Of a stretch of 64,000 bases of DNA, positions 1 to 10,500 are shown piece by piece; positions within the stretch are counted from its first letter, which is position 1, and each line of letters starts with the position of its first letter. The stretch spans positions 31,186,001-31,250,000 of the forward strand of contig OZ038379.1 of NCBI GenBank assembly GCA_964036045.1, in the 5' to 3' direction. The notes below the pieces were generated by a model. The model ran no database searches and had not been told where the DNA came from. It saw only the letters and a list, made by a program, of their open reading frames with translations. The stretch comes from Eutreptiella sp. 'Long Island Sound 2002'. Taxonomy: Eukaryota > Protista > Euglenida. A program made the translations under genes and the position numbers.

Positions 1-799
1 ACTGTGTACAAAGGAGTGCGGCCTTGGGCAACATCAATACTTTGGTCAGGCTACTAATGATGCCATGAACCAGAGTGTCTGTACAATGTGCCCTGTGGCT
101 GGTGGTGCTGAACATCCGATTTTTTACGGCGGGGGGGTCTGAAATTCTGCGCACATGGCAACTCAAATGTCAAATTCTGAAATTTGCACCCTGGAAAAAG
201 AAAAGGCACAATCTACAACCTGTGGGTGTGTTCCAGAAATGCATGCACCACACACAGGGTACAGTGCACACCGGAAGAAATGCCCCTGCCCACCCCAAAC
301 CCACCACACACCAGCCACCCCCATCTCACACACCCCCTTTGTTTTTGAAAAAGTACGGGCTCCCGGATCTATCCGTGCACACACCCAGCAGAGGGCCGGG
401 GGCCCACCACCACCACCATCTTGGCGTCCGGAGCTCCGCCCCCCCCCCCACTCCAGACCCCATACCGGGGCCCCCCGGTACAGCAGCACCTTGGAGAACG
501 GGAGCCCCAGGGTAGATGGATGAGAAGCACAGTGCCCAAAAACACAAAGCAACTGAAACGTAGCAACTTAGCATGCTGCAAAACTCTTGCAACCTACAAA
601 TATCCGCATGCCATCAGATTTTCCGTACGTCAAATTGCGACAAAGCTATGTGCGTGTTTGCTTCTGCTGGCCCACTCAGCATAGAATTCAAATAGTGCAC
701 TCAATATTTTGGTGCATTAAACGAGTTGTAGCCAAGGGACCTCAACATGCAACCATAGGAAAAATAGAAGAGCACGCGGCTGCAAAACACAAATCGACG

Positions 800-1380
800 T
801 GCAAGTACAAACACCTTCATGACACGGTGCACAAGGGCACAGCTGAATCAGTCCATCCGTCGAGAGCAAAAAGCATTCCTAAGAAAAACATGTTCCGGAA
901 GGACTATAGCAGGCGGGCGCGGGAAGCTATGCAGTTGCAGTGCAAGTACTGCCACCAGCTTCCAGGTGCGCACCACAGTCCCAGACACATCTCTGGACAA
1001 GCCGCTCCCACTACTGCTTGTTAATAGGAAGCAACTGTGCGGCGCGGACACAAGAGTACCAGCAACGATCCTCACAGCCTTTGACAGATGCGCTGTGCCC
1101 CCTGTGAATCCACTTATCCAAAGCCTGGTCATGACAGCCTTGATGGGGATGTGGCCAGGACCAGGCTGGGCATATATAGCAAACAGTCAAGGGGCGCACA
1201 TCAGAAATATTTACAGCACGTGTGTCTTCCCGCAGCCAGGACACCCACACCCACACTTATTGAAGGGAACAAAAACCAACAGATCACCAATGCGGACACA
1301 AATGCACCGGGAGGCACTGTGGGTACAAGTCTGTGGCATCCTCATCAGAGGGGCAAAGTTGTTGGCGCTCAGACTGAACT
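800..1380 (+). mobile_element. Degenerate 3' fragment of a non-LTR retrotransposon of possible RLE type
   Basis: QCKYCHQLPGAHHSPRHISG resembles the C-terminal CxxC..H..C knuckle and is followed by DTRVPATIL, with frameshifts. Weak match by eye only. Confidence 0.3.
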
Positions 1381-1402
1381 GAACTGAACTGAACTGAACT
1401 GA
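1373..1402. repeat. (ACTGA)n microsatellite
   Basis: About six tandem ACTGA units. Confidence 0.95.
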
Positions 1403-1726
1403 AAGAGCACTGGTGCTGCACACCGAATCACACTTGCAGACACACAAGAGAGCAGCGGGAACAGACAACAGCATTGCAGTTGACCGGTGCTCAAGACTCA
1501 CTCCCACTTGGGTTCGCCCGAGTCATCCCTCTCCAACGGCGAGCAGCTTGGTGTGACGTCCCACTCAGATCGCCATCATCACGCAGGGGTAAGGCGCTGC
1601 ACCAAGGGTCCAGTTGCAAAACAGGAGGACACTCATGCACGCACACTGACACGCACCCACACCCGCAGATACACACAGCAGGACAAACGGCTCTCACCTT
1701 CGCCGGCCATGGGTGTAACCTCCCAG

Positions 1727-1727
<1 letters not shown>

Positions 1728-1776
<49 letters not shown>

Positions 1777-1870
1777 ATACTCGCAAGTGCGCACACTGGT
1801 GCCTGCAGACAGGCTGTGATGCTGAGCCAGTCTGACCATGGACTCCACCGGAATGGTCAACAGTGGCTCA

Positions 1871-1910
<40 letters not shown>

Positions 1911-1954
1911 AAACCATGTCACACCACACCACACCACACCACACCACAACACAC
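1728..1954. repeat. (CA)n tracts (1728-1769, 1873-1909) and (CACAC)n (1919-1954)
   Basis: Directly visible. These tracts explain the HT/CV-rich ORFs. Confidence 0.95.
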
Positions 1955-4242
1955 CCTGAGTACTCCCCAGGGGGAGGAGGAGGAGATGCGGTCCCCCGGT
2001 AGGGCGCCCCCGCGGCACATCCCCATGGTGCCCGCCGGCCCTCCACGGTCTGGAAAGCGACCGGGAGGGGGGTTTCACCCCAACCCGTCCGGCTAAGCAT
2101 CATGGCGGCGGCTCTCCTCTTCGTCTCCTCCCCTTGTCCCCTGGCCCGCGCTACGTGCATGCACCCGCCCTACACGTAGCCGGATCCCCTCCCAGGGGCA
2201 CGGAATGGGGGGCGAGGCGGAGCGCCGGCTCCACTTCCGGCACGGTCCACCACCCCCCCAAGGGAAGGGGGACGCAGTCCCCAGCTCTACCCACGGGCTG
2301 GGTGCCAGGTGCGAAGCCCCGGACGACACGGCCCGGGCACTGCCATAGCGGCAGTGTACTAACAGTGTCGGGTGCGCGCACGCCCCAGTGCGAAGCACCA
2401 TCCCCGGGGAGCCCGCGGCCCCTAGTACCGGCCGCCTCGGCCCTGGGAACGGTCAGCGACCCCTAGTGAGGACGGCTGACCTAGCCTCCCCCTCCTCTCC
2501 CCCAGCGCACCCCCCCCCCCCGCACACAGGGCCCTCTGCAGAGCTCTGGCATGCGCCTCCCCCACGCTGAGCGCCCCCCTGCCGCCTGCCACCGCCCGTG
2601 TGTACCCCCACTGACGCCCACCCCGCATGAGGGCCCCACCGCACCCGAGCACGCGCCCCCCCTGCGCAAGTGCTGCTGCGCCCCCCTTGCGCAAGTGCTG
2701 CTGTGCCCCCCGCCGCCTCCCCTATGAATGCCCCTCAGCCATCTCCGCCCTCAGCGATGCCCGGCGCCGAGCCCCAAGCACCCCCTGTCACCCCCCTTCC
2801 ATGCCGTAGCGCCCCGCCCTCTGCCTCAGGTGTGGCAGCCAACAGCGTGGAGGCCCCCGTGCCGGGGCTTCAGCGACGCGGCGGGACCGGGACGGGTATG
2901 ACGGGTGTGTGAGTGGGTGAGAGAGGCGTGAGAGTGAGGGGCCCCAAGGGGACGGCCTGCGCCGGGGCCGACGCTTTTCTGTTCCGTTTGCTGTTCCTGT
3001 TTTTTCTTTCCTGTTTTTTGTGCGACTGCCTGTAGGGGTGCAAGCCTCATGCAGGAGCCTTCGGGCCTGTTAGCGCCTTTCCTTCGGGCTTTTCTTCCTT
3101 TGTTGATAGGCAGAGTGAGGCGAGCGGCGCCACAGCGCCCCAGAGGCTTGTGGCTCGGTCACGCGCGGGGGGCCCAACCACGACCCCCCGCGCCGCTACC
3201 CAGCCTGCTCGTGACCCTGCTACTAACCGCAAGAATAGGCAACCGTGCTGCCGGCTGGCAGCTGGAACGCGACACGCAAAGGGGGAGGGGTCCCCACAAC
3301 CCCCCGGAATGGGCGGCGAGGCCCCGTTGGTGAAGCGATTCGAGGCCCCGCCGCCCTTGCGCGGCCCGGTCTTTATATGGCTTGAGAATGTGACAGGGAG
3401 GTCGGAGAAAGGGGAGGATGTGGAATATTAAATGTATCAGAATGCCCCCATGTGGGTACCCGTCCGGCTGGACACCCGGTGCAAGGTATCAATCATTCTT
3501 TGAGTATGGGTAAGGTATAAGGCTCCCCGGCCACCACCCTGGCGCCCACAGCAGAGAGGGTGTCCGGGAGGGGTAGCAGTCCCCCATCCCCCAACGGCAG
3601 CCCCAATGGTGACCGCACCACCAGAGGGGGCATGTCTGCGTAGTAAAAATGTACATTATATTAATTAACGCAAACACACTGCCACCACCGCCGTAACTAA
3701 TGCTTAAAGGGTTTAAGGGCCTCCCCTAGGTCCAATTAAGTGCGGCCCCCAAAGCCGGACTCAACCAGCCGCGTTGAGGCAAGCCCAATTGTCCACGTGT
3801 GACAGGCCAGACATAAGTGCTGGCAGTCACGCCTCTTCGCATCCCCGCGGGCTTAAACTGCCCAAGGGGGCCCTAAGTTCCGTATCGTTCGGGAGTTAAG
3901 CCCTAGCGGAACTTAGGGTTCTGGTTAAGAGGAGTCACTTTGAGTCCATGCTACCGCTACCCCGGGGTTATGGTCTCCGGTACTGCCTGTTTACCTTGCC
4001 TGCTTGCTGCTTAGAGTAGCCGGGTAGGGGCGGAGGGTAACCCCATCTTGCAGCTAGCGGAGGAGGCGTTAGTACGGTCTTCGGACCGGAGGACCCAGCC
4101 CAGACTCTAAGGATGGGGGGACCTGACACAGAAACGGGTAGAAGAGGCCGGGCAGGACGTATCTCAGCAACGGCCACCGGCCGGGCGGGGCCCCTCACCT
4201 CCCCCCGTCCGGCTGGCACGTGCCGTTGCAGACTAGCGCCCC

Positions 4243-4510
4243 CTGCAGGCACCCTCCATAGGCACCGACCGCCACCTGGGCAGGACTCCCCATCCCCCGA
4301 ACTAGTGGGCCCGGGCCGTTGGGAACTGCCGTCCCCTGCAGGCCCTCCATAGGCACCGACCGCCACATGGGTAGCACTCCCCGTGCCCCCAGCTAATGGG
4401 CCCGGGCCGTTGGCAACTGCCGTCCCCTACAGGCCCTCCATAGGCACCCACCGCCACTTGGGCAGGACTACCTGTCCCCCCAGCTGGTGGGCATGGGCCG
4501 CTGGGAACTG
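4243..4510. repeat. Three tandem copies of a ~91-bp unit
   Basis: CCCTCCATAGGCACC(G/C)ACCGCCAC starts at about 4252, 4343 and 4434. Confidence 0.85.
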
Positions 4511-5927
4511 CAGTGCATTGTAGAGGTTCCACAGCCCACTGCCCACAGGCAGTGTGGCAGTGCATTGCAAGAGTTTTATTGCCCACTGCCCCCAAGCAGT
4601 GTGGTGGTGCATTGTAGGAGTTCCAACGCGAAATGCCCCCAGGCAGTGTGGCGGTGCATCGTAGGAATCCCACTGCCCACTGTCCACAGGCAGTGTGGCG
4701 GTACATGCACGAGCCATTGCCCACTGCCCGAAAGCATTGTGGCAGTGAGTTGCACGAGTTCCACTGCCCAGCGTCCACAGGCAGTGTGGCGGTGCATTGC
4801 AAGATTCCCACTGCCCACTGCCCCAGGCATTGTGGCGGTACATTGCACGAGCCACTGCCCACTATCCGCAGGCAGTGCGCCCGCAAGCAGTGTGGCACTG
4901 AGCTGCAGGAGTTCGGCTGCCCACTGCCCACGTGCAATGTGGCGGTGCATTGCACAATCTCCACTGCCCGCTGCCCCCAGGTAGTGTGGCAGTGCATTAG
5001 AGGAGTTCCACTGCCCAAGGGCCGTGTTGCTAGTTCGCTTGGTACAGCGCACAAAGTGTAGTGCAGCACGGCGCACACAGTGCACTGCAGTGCAGAGCAC
5101 CAAGCATTGCAGCACAACACACAAAGTGCACAGAACACAATACACCCTGTGTGACCGTGCACTCCACTGCTGTGTGACCGTGCACTCCACTGCCCACTAC
5201 CCGTAGGCAGTGTGGCGGTGGATTGCAGGAATTGCACCACCCATTGCCCCAAGGCGGTGTGGCGGCGCAGTGCAGGACTTCTACCGCCAACTGCCCCCAA
5301 GCAGTGTGGTAGTGCATTGCAGGAGTTCCATTGCCCACTGCCTCCGGGTAGTGTGGCAGCGCATTGCGGGAGTTCCACTGCCCACTGCCCACAGGCGGTG
5401 TGGCAGTGCATTGCAAGACTTCCACTGCTGCCCACTGCCCACAGGGAGTGTGGCAGTGCATTGCAAGAGTTTCACTGCCCCCTGCCCCCAGGGAGTGTGG
5501 TGGTGCATTGTGGGAGTTCTACGGCCAACTGCCCACAGGCAGTGTGGCGGTGCATTGCAAGATTCCCACTGCCCACTGCCTCAGGCATTGTGGTGGTACA
5601 TTGCACGAGCCACTGCCCACTACCCACAGGCAGTGTGGCAGTGAGTTGCAGGAGTTCGGTTGCCCACTGCCCACATGCAGTGTGCCGGTGCATTGCAGGA
5701 TCTCCACCGCCCGCTGCCCACAGGCAGTGTGGCGGCGCATTGCAGCAGTTCCACTGCCCACTGCCCCCAGGCAGTGTGGCAATGCATTAGAGGAATTCCA
5801 CTGCCCACCGCTATGTTGCTGGTTCGCCTGGTACAGCACACACAGTGCATTGCAGTGCACAGCACCAAGCAGTGCAGCACAGCACACAAAGTGCAGCGAG
5901 CCCAATAGACCCTGTGTGACCGTGCAC
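4505..5927. repeat. ~47-bp hairpin satellite in two blocks, each ending in the same non-satellite tail
   Basis: The unit is approximately CCACTGCCCACTGCCCACAGGCAGTGTGGCAGTGCATTGCAGGAGTT. The tail TGTTGCT(A/G)GTTCGC..TGGTACAGC...CCCTGTGTGACCGTGCAC occurs at 5025-5162 and 5814-5927. Confidence 0.9.
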
Positions 5928-6089
5928 AGGCGTCGGCAGAGCAGCACCGGCCAAGTGGAACTGTGCACTGGACCCTACTGTACAACAACACACTACCACA
6001 CAGCGCGCACTTAGACACACAGCCCTCCCATTTACCTGTACCCGTGGGTAAATATCCTGGCCATTGCCTTCTGGTAACAGCGCCTTCGG

Positions 6090-6296
6090 CACATCACATC
6101 ACATCACATCACACCACATCACATCACATCACATCACATCACATCACATCACATCACATCACATCACATCACATCACATCACATCACATCACATCACATC
6201 ACATCACATCACATCACACCACATCAGATCACATCACATCACATCACATCACATCACATCACATCACATCACATCACATCACATCACATCACATCA
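6090..6296. repeat. (CACAT)n microsatellite
   Basis: About 40 near-perfect pentamers. Confidence 0.97.
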
Positions 6297-7019
6297 TGCC
6301 ACCTCATGCCGTGTCGCGTCACTCCACGTCATGTCACGTCACACATCACACAGTGCAGCACTGCACGGCATGGCACGCCGGTCGTTGCATTGGTCAATAG
6401 GCCCATGAGCGCTATGTACAAGCGTAGCACTTGCAGCAACATTCAGAACAACTGTCATTGCAAAATTTTGCACAACATTCATGGGGCTGAGAAGGAAGGA
6501 GTTGGGGAGAGGGTGAAGAGGAAGTACAAAGGGGTGGGACCTGCGGGGTACGTGTCCACGAAACGGTCTGGGCTGGAGGGTGTTGAGGAGCAGGCAGAGG
6601 GTGTTGCGGAGGAGTTCAGGTCTGGCATAGCATCGACAGAAACACTGGTGCATGCCCTCCCTATTGGGAAGTACAAGAGGTACACAAAGGTCGGGTCTGG
6701 TTGCTCAACCCGCGCGATGCCCCCACTCCACCCTGACACTTTTCATTACTCCGGTGGTCGCAGAGGCTCAGACTGGCGACCATCCGGTCCTGCATCACCC
6801 ACGCTGATACAGCCAACCCACGTGGGGGGGGGGGGGGGGGGGGTGGAGTGACTCGGGAGTGGAGGTACCGGAGGGGCAATGCTACGCAGAGGGGGTGAGA
6901 GAAGCGTGAGAACGACGACTGTCGGCGGTCATGTGTTGATGGCCGATGTGGTGAGTGATGGCCTATCAACAAGACAGAGACGCCATGTCGTCCGGTACAG
7001 GGGGGGAGAGTGGCGAGTC

Positions 7020-7526
7020 TCAAAATTCAAACGTGACGGCGGGCGCCTGGGAGTCGCCAGGGACCAGTTTGTCAAGGCCACTGATGACTTTCATGGATCG
7101 GATGCGGTCGCCCGTGCGCAGTTCCGCCAGCAGCTCCGCACCCTCGGTGACGTACCCAAAGGTGGCGTACCGGCCGTCCAGCACGTTGCTGCCCACGGGC
7201 GTGAGCTCCGCGTCCTTGAGCAGCCAAAAAAATTGGGACAACGCCGTGTTGGCGCCCCCCGTCACGTCCTCCCGTGCCATTGCCATCGTCCCGAAGGCGT
7301 TGAAGGGCAACACCACCGGGGCGTTGTACACGCCCATGTCCTCCAGCGTGTTCTCGTAGTATGGCTCACGCTCCCCCACCACCCGGACCTCGAACGGGAT
7401 GCGCCGCAGTTGCCCAGTGGCCGAGTCCACGTACCCATCGGCGCCCTCCGGCTGCCCCGTCTGCACGACGAAGCCGTCAGCCCTTTGGATGGGCATCGCG
7501 TCATAGAAGCCTTTCTTCACCAGCTC
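7020..7526 (-). CDS. CYP38: CYP38 exon 6 (cyclophilin domain, 168 aa + TGA)
   Basis: Acceptor GTCCAG|GAG. Encodes ELVKKGFYDAMPIQRADGFVVQTG...LDGRYATFGYVTEGAELLAELRTGDRIRSMKVISGLDKLVP...FEF and the stop at 7020-7022. Confidence 0.95.
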   Translation of the reverse strand, partial: ELVKKGFYDAMPIQRADGFVVQTGQPEGADGYVDSATGQLRRIPFEVRVVGEREPYYENTLEDMGVYNAPVVLPFNAFGTMAMAREDVTGGANTALSQFFWLLKDAELTPVGSNVLDGRYATFGYVTEGAELLAELRTGDRIRSMKVISGLDKLVPGDSQAPAVTFEF

Positions 7527-10500
7527 CTGGACATGCAGCCATGAGCAACACAGCCGTGGGGGTCCCATTCCGTAGGGGTCAGCGCCGGGGCGACAAGCCC
7601 TGGGCCTGTCCCCTGCAAGACGGTTTGTCTGTAGTGAATTCCGGGCCTTAGACAGTCCCCAGTCTTACTCTCCTCTTGGGCTCGGCTCGTCAGGGCGTTC
7701 TTTGGTGAAACAAGAAAGAAGAGAACACAGGCCCCCAGGTATCCGGTACCATGACGCCCACCGGCTTCACTATATCACCCGTTTACCAGTGACCAGTGCC
7801 ACCCACCAGGCACCAGTGTACCAGTCACCAGTCATCAGTTATGGTGATTGTTCGGCCGTCATGGGCTTGGGGAAGGGCGCCCAGAAGTTCTGTTGGGCTG
7901 GGTCTGGGAACATCAGTGACCGCTGTCTCCCGCAAGTCTACTTGTCAGCTGACTAAGCCTTGGAACCACAAAGACCAGTTGAGAGTCGGAAGAACAGTCG
8001 GTTGCATCTGATGTGGAAAGTGCAACACAGGGCCCAAGATGCCCCGCATCACCAAATGGGAGCCATCGGTGGTGCGCTGCATTGCATTCCCAGCACTTTC
8101 GGGCTTCTCTGCAGAGATAAGCTTTGGGTGATTCGGGAAGGTGGGGCTGGGGTCATCACAACATTCCCTGATTGTGGAAAAAAAATAAATGAAAAGGGGT
8201 GTTACACCCAAAACCTGAAAACCGTTGTTCCCGGCTGTTTGTTGCCACTCTTCTCCCTTGGGTACCCTGAACTCTGGGATTGCAGTCCATCCCTACACAG
8301 GCATACAAATGTGGATCAGTTGGACTCTGGGGTTGCAGTCCATAGCACAAGTATGCAAACCAAACAAGGAACTGTTTCAGATTATGCACACCCACCAGTG
8401 TTTTAATCAACCACTTCCAAAAGTCGTGTACAATAATAATAATAACAGTGCACAACACTTATTTGATTGCAAAGTGGTTGGCAACACACACCAACACATC
8501 TGCCTTGTTGCCCCGAACAGAAAGACCATACCTTCGGCAAACAGCCCTGAGTTCACACACCACCCACTTATGCATGGTGCCATCTTGCATAGATGCGGCA
8601 AGCGCTGCATCCACATCATCCTGAAACCCTCCTGAAGGAATGTGGGGATCCTTCTTGCGTTGTTGCATAGCTTTGTTGTGGGCTGGACAAGGTCTTCCTC
8701 AACTTCTGAGTCTGCATCCCCCCTCCTGCCATACAGCTCTTCAATTTCAAAAATTTTAGGGTCTTGTGTGCGTGCTAGGCTGGGTCTAGCCCAAAATGAC
8801 ATCATCTCTTTGGTGTGTTCAAAATCCTCCACATCACAGGGAACTGAAAAATCTTTGAATGCTTCAAAGCAGAGCAACGTGTTATCTTCTACGTTTACAG
8901 TGTGCCGTCACACATGACATCTTGGCCTAAATTGCGTGCCACGCAGCTCAGCAAACACTTCACGTGGACACCACTCCTCAACACATGGCCCATTACACCA
9001 AATCCACAGGACCTCACACATATGTTGTGTGCTTTGGCCATAGTCATGGGATGTCACAATAGAAAAAATACGCTCACTTCAACAAGATGATGCCTCAATC
9101 CAATTTGGTAGTCCCTCTTGCTGCACCTAGACCCCCCCTAGCGAAGCGCTCCTGTAAGTCTGAAATGAGGGAAGTAAGAAAATGTGTGCAAGCACCTTGA
9201 ATGGGAGAGACAGCAGGATCATACCCAAGATGCTGCTCAGACCTACCATCAACCGGTTTGCGCTTCATGTACATCAATGGGGAGCACAAAGCATTGACCA
9301 TCCCACGGACAACGTCCACTTTCAGGCCGTGTCTATGCTGAGCATTCTTTGAAGTGACACAAACAACTTGAAAAAAAACCCAAAAAAAGCGGCCAAAACA
9401 GAAAAAATCTCATGACACACAGCTTCCAACAAATCTTCAGCTTCCCGTTTGCGACCTGCGTCACTCTGTGATGCGATGTATTCTAGCACATGCTTTTGCA
9501 CCGCCTGCAAATTAGCCGGCACAGCGTCCAATTCCCGGGACATGGCCTCCACCCACGGGATGTGGCCTCCACGAAATGTCTGTGTCCCTCCATGTCGAGC
9601 TAAACCGCGCATACGCTTGGATGACGTTCAGTAGAACATTGCCAAAAGAGAGACCACCTGATCAATTGCTTTTTCCCACCCCTTGCAACCATTTTTGGCT
9701 GTTGCAATGGAGCACATCAATAAATGCGCAGCATCCCGAACCCAAAGAATAGGATTACGCCTACGCTTACGGTTCAACAGAGGGGGGCAAAACCAGAAGT
9801 GGTTGCCTCACCCCTGCCTTGTCAGTGCCCCAAAAGAGGGTGAATTGCTACGTAACCCTTGCATTCTCGGGGGTCCCCAAAAGAGGGTTCAAAAATGGCC
9901 CTCACCAGGCTAGTGGAAAAAAGCCCCTCAGGGTCGTCCTTAAGGGCGGTCCTTAACCAAAAAAAAAAAATCTGGTTCCTTAAGGACCGCCCTGGCATAG
10001 ATAGTTCACGGTAACCCAACAACCAACATTCCTTAAGAGAGAAAAAAAAAGGGAGAACGTCTTAGGGAACGCCCTGGGGTTAGGTCCAAAGAAAATGTCA
10101 TTTTGTGTTATTGAATCTAAAACACTACACAGAGAACAAAATTCAAAACCTTGAAACCATGCCTGACCAAGTAGAAGAAAATTCAAGCCGCAAAGAGTAG
10201 TTCGGCACAGAAAAGTCTCAACAGGCTAAGATTCCTTGCTTCATAGCCATGGACCCTGCAGCCAAAACAAGGCTTCCATGGAATAAAATGAACCGAAAAA
10301 GGTCGTCATGTGGCCAAAGAATTTCAAAAACTATACCAAGCTCCGGGAGAATCGATAACCACGATCCTAAAATCTGTCTCCCTCGCCCACGAATGTAGCA
10401 TAAACTCCCTTCGTCCCCCACCACCGCGACGTCCCTGTGCATAGACGTGAATCAGGGCCGCCTGGTTCCTGGGAGACAAGGCTGCTGCAATTGCTGCCTG

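Noticed and set aside
3840-4145. HDV-like, hammerhead, group I or RNase P identity for the structured segment
   Set aside because: The P1.1 GG/L3 CC pairing, CUGANGA-GAAA core, P7 R/S consensus and CR-I/CR-V pairing could not be placed by eye. It is kept as unclassified.
4505-5810. CRISPR-like appearance of the 47-bp palindromic repeats (and of the 50-bp array at 30-40 kb)
   Set aside because: The units are contiguous and degenerate with no unique spacers, there are no cas genes, and the context is eukaryotic. These are satellites.
4302-6408. Long Cys/His-rich ORFs (e.g. 4302-5435, 5364-6014, HITS repeats)
   Set aside because: They are translations of the 47-bp satellite and (CACAT)n, open in several frames on both strands.
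6306-6851. 181-aa plus-strand ORF next to the CYP38 3' end
   Set aside because: No recognisable family or splice context. The purine-rich composition explains the open frame. It is probably 3' UTR or flank of CYP38.
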